Source of the DNA: an uncultured delta proteobacterium
GTDB taxonomy: Bacteria > Desulfobacterota > Desulfobaccia > Desulfobaccales > 0-14-0-80-60-11
Length of the DNA stretch: 64,000 bases
Direction of reading: 5' to 3'
Assembly (NCBI GenBank): GCA_963834795.1
Contig: CAWIDL010000032.1
Location: forward strand, 238,278-302,277
The notes under the pieces were generated by a model, which made no database searches, was not told the origin of the DNA, and saw nothing but the letters and a program-made list of their open reading frames with translations. A program made the position numbers and the translations under genes. Shown piece by piece: positions 57,055-64,000 of the stretch; position 1 is the first letter of the stretch; every line of letters starts with the position of its first letter.

Positions 57055-57816
57055 CTACTCATTTGTGGTCGAGACGGACTTTGCTTCGCTGAACGCAACT
57101 TCCTTCTGCAATGCCGTGAGCGCCTTATCTGCGGGGAAAGTACTCCTTTTTTGGATTTGCTCTTCGAGGTAGTGGGCAAGTATTTCCCCAGTCTGCAACA
57201 GATGCCGCTCCAGCAAAGCAACGGCCCGAGTGACGTCTCGTTTCACACATGCCTGCAAGATCTCGGCATGCTCCCGTTTCGTTTGCTTTTTGTACTTCGG
57301 CAGCGCGAAGTACAGCCGCAAATACCGCTGTACTCGCTGGCGTTGCCTATCAATGAGGTTAAGCAGTCTAGGTCGCTTTGCCGGTGCATACAGCGCCAGG
57401 TGAAAGTCGCTGTTGCGGTTCACATTATCAACTCCGGCGGCCGGTGCCGTGTACAGCGCTTCTTCGGCCCTCCCCAAGGTAGCGAGGGTGTGATGGGGAA
57501 TGGCCAGTCGCAGTGCGGTGCATTCCAGCGCGGCCAGAATTTCGTAGATCTCCAGCGCCTCATCAATGCTGAGCGGCGCCACCGAGGCTCCTTTGTTGGG
57601 CAGAAAAACGACCCAGCCTTCGGTTTCCAGCTGTCGCAAAGCCTCCCGTACCGGGATTCGGCTTACCTCGAATTGGCGCGCTAGCCCTTCCTGCCGGAGC
57701 GCTTCGCCCCCCAGCAGGCGTCCCTCGATGATCGCCACCCGCAGAGCCCCCGAAATCGCCTGGGGTGTGCTTACGCGGCCGTGCAGTGGGCTTCGGATCC
57801 TGTATGTGCTCGTCAT
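57055..57816 (-). CDS. GntR-family transcriptional regulator with FCD ligand domain
   Basis: wHTH ..LRQEGLARQFEVSRIPVREALRQLETEGWVVFLPNKGASV.., followed by an all-helical FCD-type domain (..FHLALY..). Confidence 0.85.
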   Translation of the reverse strand: MTSTYRIRSPLHGRVSTPQAISGALRVAIIEGRLLGGEALRQEGLARQFEVSRIPVREALRQLETEGWVVFLPNKGASVAPLSIDEALEIYEILAALECTALRLAIPHHTLATLGRAEEALYTAPAAGVDNVNRNSDFHLALYAPAKRPRLLNLIDRQRQRVQRYLRLYFALPKYKKQTKREHAEILQACVKRDVTRAVALLERHLLQTGEILAHYLEEQIQKRSTFPADKALTALQKEVAFSEAKSVSTTNE

Positions 57817-57883
57817 GATGAATAATTATACACACCTAGTAAAAAAAATATAGATAAAAAACGTTGACTTTCTTTTTTTGTAT

Positions 57884-57895
57884 ATTGTATACAAT
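57884..57895. promoter_or_regulatory. Perfect 12-bp palindrome ATTGTATACAAT, candidate GntR/FadR-type operator
   Basis: Fits the t.GT-N-AC.a logic of GntR-family operators. It lies 68 nt upstream of the gntR start, in the divergent control region. Confidence 0.4.
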
Positions 57896-58097
57896 TAATC
57901 AACCCATCGGGGTGAATATGGCTCTTCGGCGACAAGGTTTCGAACTCGGCTTTCCCCGCACGCAATCGCGGTAAGCCACGCAGCTGGGATCCACCCTGGC
58001 GTAAGCGGAATTTCGAAGAACTGGGGAACAGACTATGACTGGTCCTAGTGCTCAACCGAAGCTGAACCCGGATCTCGAGAAAACCTTCACTGCCGAA

Positions 58098-58253
58098 AGA
58101 TGGGCGGGTGCGATGGAAATAGGCCTCACGATGCTCGCAGCGGGGACGCCGGAACCCCTCAGGCCAGCGCAGGCGAAACAATTGCTTTTGGCAGGCTTTC
58201 TCGGTGCTAAACCGTTTCTGAAATTGCATCAGGCTGAGTGCTTTCTGTTGCAT
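58098..58253 (-). pseudogene. IS1595-family transposase remnant (N-terminal zinc-ribbon region only)
   Basis: ..MQFQKRFSTEKACQKQLFRLRWPEGFRRPRCEHREAYFH.. resembles the IS1595 N-terminus with degraded Cys ligands. The remainder of track ORF 57813..58253 is non-homologous read-through. Confidence 0.5.
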
Positions 58254-58421
58254 TGCCTTGCTCCATTTGTCTAAATATTTACGCTAATTGTACCATATTC
58301 TTTAGAGCAAAGGCAATAATCGATACAAAAATATTACCCTATATTAATGCAAATAAAAGCGTCATGCTTAATTACTAATTAAGTAACAATGCTATTCATA
58401 AATTTTAAAGGGGTGAAGAAG

Positions 58422-58796
58422 ATGGAAAAAAACGGAAAGAAACAACCAAATCATGGCCATTGGGACAAAGAGTTAGAATCGGGAAAAGGTTACTGGGCCA
58501 AGGCATTCGAATCTAACTTGTACAAAGAAATAGTACGCAAGAGATTCGGTGTCGTGATCCCGCTATTGGTAGGGTTTTCTGTGCTCTTCTTCGTATTGTT
58601 TACCATACAACAGTTCTTTAGAGGCTTAGCCGACGCGATGATAATTGGGAATTTGAATTTTAATTTTATATTTTCAATGCTTATATTCCCAATTGTATGG
58701 TTAACGGGTTTATTATTCCTCCGATACATTCGCAAGCATGTATATCCCTTGGAGGACGAAATAATTAAGCAATTTTCCAGGAAGAGGGGGGAATAA
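58422..58796 (+). CDS. DUF485 (YjcH-like) membrane protein
   Basis: Two TM helices with ..LYKEIVRKRFGVVIPLL... It sits 1 nt upstream of an SSS symporter, the classic yjcH-actP arrangement. Start at MEKNGKK after aaagggg. Confidence 0.7.
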   Translation: MEKNGKKQPNHGHWDKELESGKGYWAKAFESNLYKEIVRKRFGVVIPLLVGFSVLFFVLFTIQQFFRGLADAMIIGNLNFNFIFSMLIFPIVWLTGLLFLRYIRKHVYPLEDEIIKQFSRKRGE

Positions 58797-58797
58797 C

Positions 58798-60324
58798 ATG
58801 GAACATCTTGCCATTTACATGTTCTTATTCTTAGTTACAATAACTCTAATTATCACATATATATCCGCACGTTATATGAAAACGGCTACGGATTACTATG
58901 CGGCTGGCAGAACCATTAAAGGCTGGCAAAACGGCTTGGCTATCACCGGAGAATTTCTGACTTCGGCGGCCTTCTTGGGAATAGGCGGTTTAATCGCCTT
59001 GTCGGGGATTGATGGGCAAATATTTTCTCTTACCTGGTTCGCTTCATATCTGGTGGTTTTACTCCTAGTCGCTGAAGCGGTCAGAAATTCCGGGAAATAC
59101 ACCTTTGCCGATGTGATTTCCTACCGCCTGAACCCCCGAGTAATCCGCCCAATCGCGGCGGTTACCACCTTGATTATATGCATAACGTATTTGATCCCGC
59201 AAATGGTTGCTGCTGGGGCGTTAGCTAAGTTATTGTTCGGAATTCCCGCTTCTTGGGGAATCCTTATTGTTGGCACGTTAATGGTTATCTATATCACTTT
59301 TGGGGGAATGACGGCGGCTACCTGGATTCAAATCGTCAAAGCGGTGCTCCTATTAATAGGTGCATACATACTGGCGATTTTGGTGTTGGCGAAATTCCAT
59401 TTCAGCCCAAGCGAACTGTTTGGCGCAGTCATGAATACCAAAGGGATTGAAAATAACGTGAACCCCGGGGGATGGTTAAAGAGCCCCTGGGAAAGATATT
59501 CACTGGGATTCAGCATGCTGTTCGGCACTGCTGCTTTACCCCATGTGTTGATGCGTTTTTACACCGTGCCTTCCAAGGCTTATGCCCAATCAAGCGTGGT
59601 CTGGGTCCTGACCTTTATGGCCATGTATCACGTTCTGACTTTTATCTTCGGCTTCGGCGCGGCGGTAATCGTCGGAACCAGTGTGATCAAGAGCCTGGAT
59701 CCCGGTGGAAACATGACGGTGCCGTTATTGGCACGCGCGGTCGGTGGCGGCGCAGGAACGTTTGGCGGTGAGTTTCTCATGTCATTCATCTGCTCAGTGG
59801 CGTTTATCACGATTATCGCCGCCGTTTCGGGTTTGTGTATCGCCGCTGCCAGCGCATTTTCCTATGATTTTTGGTTTAATGTGGTCAAGAGAGGCCAACA
59901 GACGCAGCCAGAACAAGTAAGAACCGCAAAGATCTCTGCGGTGATTATCGGTACTCTGGCCATTCTTTTCAGTCTGTCGGCCCAACGCCTCAACGTTGCT
60001 TACCTGGCGGGATTGGCTTTCGCCATCGCCGCCACCGTAAACCTTCCAACAATTATCTTCTCGCTATACTGGAAGAGACTAACGAACACTGGAGCAGTCA
60101 TCGGCATGATAGGTGGCACCATCGTAGCCGTAACCCTCGTGTTGACAGGCCCGCAATTTATGGGCAAGCAGGCGCTTTTCCCCTTGGCTAACCCCGGTAT
60201 CGTTAGTATCCCCATTGGGTTCCTGCTCACCTATTTGGGCTCGATATTCACTTCAGATACTGACGCTGCTCACAAATATGTGGAGTTGGCAGTTCGTTCC
60301 CAAACTGGTTTGGGCGCTGAATAA
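58798..60324 (+). CDS. Sodium:solute symporter, ActP/cation-acetate-type monocarboxylate permease
   Basis: About 13 TM helices, ..DYYAAGRTIKGWQNGLAITGEFLTSAAFLGIGG.. and ..GGMTAATWIQIVKA.. are typical of the ActP branch of the SSF. Confidence 0.8.
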   Translation: MEHLAIYMFLFLVTITLIITYISARYMKTATDYYAAGRTIKGWQNGLAITGEFLTSAAFLGIGGLIALSGIDGQIFSLTWFASYLVVLLLVAEAVRNSGKYTFADVISYRLNPRVIRPIAAVTTLIICITYLIPQMVAAGALAKLLFGIPASWGILIVGTLMVIYITFGGMTAATWIQIVKAVLLLIGAYILAILVLAKFHFSPSELFGAVMNTKGIENNVNPGGWLKSPWERYSLGFSMLFGTAALPHVLMRFYTVPSKAYAQSSVVWVLTFMAMYHVLTFIFGFGAAVIVGTSVIKSLDPGGNMTVPLLARAVGGGAGTFGGEFLMSFICSVAFITIIAAVSGLCIAAASAFSYDFWFNVVKRGQQTQPEQVRTAKISAVIIGTLAILFSLSAQRLNVAYLAGLAFAIAATVNLPTIIFSLYWKRLTNTGAVIGMIGGTIVAVTLVLTGPQFMGKQALFPLANPGIVSIPIGFLLTYLGSIFTSDTDAAHKYVELAVRSQTGLGAE

Positions 60325-60384
60325 GTAATATTGACCGCTAAAGAAGTTGATGATGTTACAAAAAAACGTAAGGAGGAAAGAATT

Positions 60385-61446
60385 ATGCCTGGAGATACCT
60401 ATCCAAAACTGAAAGCCGCTGCGGTACAAGCAGCCCCCGTGTTTCTGGACCGGGATGCCACCATTGACAAGGTCGCTAAGCTTACGCGCGAAGCCAAGGC
60501 GTTGGGAGCAGACTTGGTGGTTTTTCCCGAATCCTTTATCCCGACCTTTCCGGTCTGGAACATCCTTCATGCTCCGATCGACCAACACGATTTCTACAGG
60601 CGGTTATTCGATAACTCTGTTCTTGTCCCGAGCACTCAATCACGGAAACTTGCCGACATCGCTTGTGCCAACCAGGTGTTTTTGTCGGTCGGCATTACGG
60701 AGAAGAGCGATTACAGCATGGGGGCGATGTGGTGTACGCAACTCTTGTTCGATCGGACCGGCAAATTGATTAACCGCCATCGCAAGCTTGTCCCAACTTG
60801 GGCCGAATGTCTTTCCTGGGGTCCCGGCGATGCCTCTGACTTGCGTCCTGTGGCTACGGAAATCGGGAAGATTGGCACGTTAATATGTGGCGAAAATACC
60901 AATACCCTCGCTCGCTTTGCTATGCTGGCCCAAGGAGAGCAGGTCCACATTGCGTGTTACCCCCCGGCTTGGCCTTTTAGACGCACTGCGTCAAAATCGG
61001 GGCAGGGTGGGTGTTATGATTTAAAGGACATTACCCGCTTTCGGTCAGCAGCCCACGCTTTTGAAGGGAAAGTTTTCGTAATCGCTTGTCACGCGGTGCT
61101 TGACGACGATGCCATCGAGCAAATTTCGGCCGGCAATCCTGACATCCGTACGTTGCTTGAAAATGCCGCCAAGCCGACTTCCATGATTGTCGGACCTACG
61201 GGAGACATCTTGGGAAAACCGGTGGAGGGTGTGGAAGGCATTACCATTGCCGATATTGACATCAGCGAAAGTATAACTCTTAAGGAAGCACATGACATTA
61301 TCGGTAGGTATAATCGGTTTGATGTTTTCCAATTGCGGGTTAACCAAACCAGGATTAAGCCCATACGCCTTTATACCACTGCCAGTGCGTTTGAAGAGCC
61401 TACACCTTCACCATGTGCTTTTGAAGAAGAAAAGGAAGAAGATTAG
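60385..61446 (+). CDS. Nitrilase (nitrilase-superfamily branch 1-like)
   Basis: Collinear with bona fide nitrilases. Catalytic residues: Glu in ..LVVFPESFIP.., Lys in ..NRHRKLVPTWAE.., Cys in ..GTLICGENTN.. Also ..LARFAMLAQGEQVHIA.. and ..IGRYNRFDVFQLRVN.. Start at MPGDTY after aaggagg. Confidence 0.8.
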   Translation: MPGDTYPKLKAAAVQAAPVFLDRDATIDKVAKLTREAKALGADLVVFPESFIPTFPVWNILHAPIDQHDFYRRLFDNSVLVPSTQSRKLADIACANQVFLSVGITEKSDYSMGAMWCTQLLFDRTGKLINRHRKLVPTWAECLSWGPGDASDLRPVATEIGKIGTLICGENTNTLARFAMLAQGEQVHIACYPPAWPFRRTASKSGQGGCYDLKDITRFRSAAHAFEGKVFVIACHAVLDDDAIEQISAGNPDIRTLLENAAKPTSMIVGPTGDILGKPVEGVEGITIADIDISESITLKEAHDIIGRYNRFDVFQLRVNQTRIKPIRLYTTASAFEEPTPSPCAFEEEKEED

Positions 61447-61603
61447 GACTTCATAAAAAAAGTTGAGCTGTCCACAGGTAAAAATGAGGACGGCTTCTCA
61501 TACATCTACTTGAAGGCTTCCTGAAAAATAGATGCATGGCAATAAACTGATGCCGGCATGTTGAACCGCTGGCTTATAACAAAGCTAAGGAGAATAAGTA
61601 ATT

Positions 61604-62299
61604 ATGGCTATCGATGCACTTGAAATGAAACTGCGACCCCCAGAGATTCAACTCAACCCCTATCCTCCCAAAACGATAACGCTGGCCAATGGTAAGACCA
61701 TGGTGGTCCGTGAAGCAAAGCGAGAAGAATGCGGCGTGCTCCTCGGCACTGTATATCCGCTCCTGGGGGTTCCTACTGATTATTACGATGTCGTGGCCGC
61801 GCGCATGTTTTCAGAGCTCCTCGCTTGGTTCCGCTACCGCATTGCCAACGAGTTCGTGATCGTCGGTGCTATCGACGGCGTCATCGCCGGCATTGTAACG
61901 AGCCGGCACGTCGACGATCATCTCGGCATGAGCCTGCATACTCTTGCCGTCGACCGCGGACTCAGAGTTGGAGCCCAGTTGTTTGCGGCCAAGATGGAGC
62001 ATCACATGGATTATCTCAACGAGGACCAAGTCTGGATCGTCGCAGAAAGTCCGATAGGTTTCAGACGGTGGATGATCGAGTACGAGCTGGAGGACCGCTC
62101 CTCAGGCTTTCCTAACATCAGGCACGAACTGGGCGGCGTTCCCACCTACGCCCTTACCCGAAAGCTGTGGGAAAAACACAAGGCGGACAAGTGCACCGGC
62201 ACGAGGCCGGTTCCGGCGAACATTCTGGCCACTGCCGATAGGCTGAAAATGCCCGAGGAATATCCGCAGATATTGGGTTACAAGAGGAGTAAGCAATGA
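61604..62299 (+). CDS. Hypothetical protein, weakly GNAT-fold-like (231 aa)
   Basis: ..VVREAKREE.., ..FVIVGAIDGVIAGIVTS.. and ..LAVDRGLRVGAQLFAAKMEHHM.. are reminiscent of GNAT beta4-alpha3 (the R-x-x-G-x-G/A region). Its stop overlaps the next start (ATGA). Confidence 0.4.
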   Translation: MAIDALEMKLRPPEIQLNPYPPKTITLANGKTMVVREAKREECGVLLGTVYPLLGVPTDYYDVVAARMFSELLAWFRYRIANEFVIVGAIDGVIAGIVTSRHVDDHLGMSLHTLAVDRGLRVGAQLFAAKMEHHMDYLNEDQVWIVAESPIGFRRWMIEYELEDRSSGFPNIRHELGGVPTYALTRKLWEKHKADKCTGTRPVPANILATADRLKMPEEYPQILGYKRSKQ

Positions 62300-63495
62300 C
62301 AGCACGTGTTGGCATTGTCGGCATAGGTCACATAAAGTTCGGAAATCTTTCTGAATATGATCTCGTCGATATCATGGCATATACCGCGACGGATGCCCTT
62401 ATCGATGCCGGTATCCTTGAGGACCGCCGGATAATCGACCAGATCTTCGTCGCCAACATGCTCGGGGGCATGATAAACCACCAGACCGGCATCGCAAGTG
62501 CCCTCGTAAGCCGGCTCGATCTCGAGCCGACGGCTGCCGAACTGGTGGAGAACGGCCCCGCTTCGGGCGCCTCCGCGGTCAAACTCGGCTATATGGCCAT
62601 CGCTTCGGGGATGGCCAACGTGGTGATGGTCGTGGGTGGTGAGACCATGCGGAAGGTGACGGGCTGGGAAGCCACTGATTGCGTAGCCACGCTGGGACAT
62701 CCCGAAGCTGAATACGACATGGGGCTGACGTTTCCGGCGCTGGGGGGGATGTTCGCCCGGCTCTATATGGAACGTTACGGAGTCACCGAACGCGACCTGG
62801 CCCTCGTGGCGGTCAAGGATCACGAGAACGGCTCCAAGAATAAGTATGCGCACATAGATGGAACCTGCACCATTGAGGCCATCCATGACAGCCCCAACGC
62901 GCACGTGGTCAACAACTACGTGGCCGAACCGTTGCGCCTATTCTCGGTATGCCCGGTTTCCGACGGCGCCGCAGTGTTGATCCTGGTGAACATGGATTCG
63001 CCCATTGTTGAGAAATTCAAGAAGAAACCCATACGCATCGCCGGCATTGGGTCGGCTACGGACACTCACTGCATGCACAACCGGAAGGACCCGGTCGAAA
63101 TGGGAGCTGTGAAACTTTCAGCAGAACGGGCCTACGCCATGGCGGGAGTCAAGCCGGAGGATATCTCCTTTGCCGAACTCCATGACCCCTTTGTCATTTT
63201 GGAGTTAGCCATAAGTGAGGAGGTCGGGTTATTCCCACGGGGTAAAGCGGTGGACGCCTTACGCCGTGGCGAGACCGGGATCGACGGACGTCTGCCCATC
63301 AACACCTCGGGCGGGCTCAAGGCCAAGGGACATCCAGTCGGTGCCACCGGAGTCTCTCAGGTGGTGGAACTCGTCCGCCAGCTCCGGGGCAAGGCGGAAA
63401 AAGGCAGGCAAGTCAAGGACCCCCGGTATGGCATGTCGGTGAATTTCGGCGGATTGGCCAACAACGTCATCACTATTATCTGCGCCAAGGATTAA
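62296..63495 (+). CDS. Thiolase-fold protein (archaeal/SCP-x type) lacking both catalytic cysteines
   Basis: MTARVGIVGIGHIKFG.., ..CPVSDGAAVLILV.. and ..NTSGGLKAKGHPVGATGVSQVVELVRQLRG.. match archaeal-type thiolases. However, the nucleophile motif reads ENGPASGAS (Pro88, codon 62557-62559) and the HDCF motif reads LHDPFV (Pro298, codon 63187-63189). Confidence 0.8.
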   Translation: MTARVGIVGIGHIKFGNLSEYDLVDIMAYTATDALIDAGILEDRRIIDQIFVANMLGGMINHQTGIASALVSRLDLEPTAAELVENGPASGASAVKLGYMAIASGMANVVMVVGGETMRKVTGWEATDCVATLGHPEAEYDMGLTFPALGGMFARLYMERYGVTERDLALVAVKDHENGSKNKYAHIDGTCTIEAIHDSPNAHVVNNYVAEPLRLFSVCPVSDGAAVLILVNMDSPIVEKFKKKPIRIAGIGSATDTHCMHNRKDPVEMGAVKLSAERAYAMAGVKPEDISFAELHDPFVILELAISEEVGLFPRGKAVDALRRGETGIDGRLPINTSGGLKAKGHPVGATGVSQVVELVRQLRGKAEKGRQVKDPRYGMSVNFGGLANNVITIICAKD

Positions 63496-63498
63496 AGT

Positions 63499-63891
63499 AT
63501 GATCGATTTCAGCGTCTACGACAAACAGGAACCCAGGATATATGGCTATAAGTGTCCTAAATGTGGCACTGCCTATTATCCGGCGACGATGCTCTGTGCG
63601 AAATGCAGTAACCGGCGTGACCCTTCGGGGATCGTCCACCCGGATTGGGATAAGTTCTCGTTGGAAGGACCTTGCAAACTTCTGACCTGGACCAGAGTGT
63701 GGGCCCTGCCCGAAGGCTATGACCGGCCGTACTTGCTGTTCAGCATCGTGGAATTCCCCAACGGTCTCAGGGCCGCGGGTCAGCTTGAAACGAAAAACCC
63801 GGTTACGGGCATGGATCTCGTCGCCCACGTGAAGGAGTCCTCGGAAAGGCCGGGCCCACCAGTCAATGTGTTCGTCTTCTCCGACGACTGA
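63499..63891 (+). CDS. DUF35 protein (Zn-ribbon + OB fold, thiolase partner)
   Basis: CPKCGTAYYPATMLCAKCS rubredoxin-like ribbon, then an OB segment ..LLTWTRVWALPEGYDRPYLLFSIVEFPNGLRAAGQL... It begins 3 nt after the thiolase-like gene. Confidence 0.8.
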   Translation: MIDFSVYDKQEPRIYGYKCPKCGTAYYPATMLCAKCSNRRDPSGIVHPDWDKFSLEGPCKLLTWTRVWALPEGYDRPYLLFSIVEFPNGLRAAGQLETKNPVTGMDLVAHVKESSERPGPPVNVFVFSDD

Positions 63892-63924
63892 AACATTATA
63901 GGGGTTCATTCCTGTGATCCGCAG

Positions 63925-64000
63925 TCAAACAGTGGACGGAGTTAAGGACGCAACTGCTGGCCTTTCAAACTGCAGCGGTGACAAATAGCCTAAGGTCGAA
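63925..64000 (-). CDS. IS3-family transposase (OrfB) C-terminal end, partial
   Basis: Minus-strand translation from the window edge gives ..STLGYLSPLQFERPAVASLTPSTV*, the conserved integrase-core tail (LGYxSPxxFE) of IS3-family OrfB. A putative IS terminus (5'-TG) lies at about 63889. Confidence 0.6.
   Translation of the reverse strand, partial: STLGYLSPLQFERPAVASLTPSTV

Noticed and set aside
57813-58253. 146-aa ORF as an intact gene.
   Set aside because: Only the first ~50 residues resemble an IS1595 transposase zinc-ribbon, and those have damaged Cys ligands. The rest is low-complexity read-through that overlaps the gntR start region.

Overview
High-GC chromosomal segment (core genes look about 60-65% GC by eye). 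Gene content resembles an anaerobic Desulfobacterota/deltaproteobacterial-type organism: NirJ/AhbD-like radical SAM, a HEAT protein of the DVU0298 type, and a TatT-like TPR next to an MMPL/RND and MlaC. The taxon cannot be proven from sequence alone. About 50 ordinary genes are recognisable: tig, tRNA-Leu, M18 aminopeptidase, moaC, dksA-like, rlmN, pgeF, ssb, recJ, hisB, hflX, cspA, an HDAC-family protein, sodB, cysS, uvrB, dnaJ, yggT/yggU, rpsB-tsf-pyrH-frr-uppS, uvrC and trmJ. Three further layers overlie this core. (1) Mobile DNA: a frameshifted IS4-family element beside tRNA-Leu; a truncated IS1380-family element plus three MITE derivatives sharing its terminal inverted repeat, one carrying a nested mini-element; an IS1595 remnant; and an IS3-family end at the window edge. 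(2) A very dense set of intergenic hairpin repeats. Many stems are built from tandem 7-nt words, and some copies read through into coding sequence. (3) Several AT-richer islets. The most interesting is an IS-bracketed island at about 56.9-63.9 kb. It encodes a GntR regulator, a DUF485 + SSS symporter pair, a nitrilase, a GNAT-like unknown, and an archaeal-type thiolase homologue paired with DUF35. In that thiolase homologue BOTH catalytic cysteines are replaced by proline, so it is probably a repurposed, non-thiolase enzyme system. Other points: an AbiE-like wHTH/nucleotidyltransferase pair disrupted in an A7 run, a zinc-finger-less ClpX paralogue with a long C-terminal extension, and four disrupted genes in total. 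No rRNA, CRISPR array or prophage was seen.
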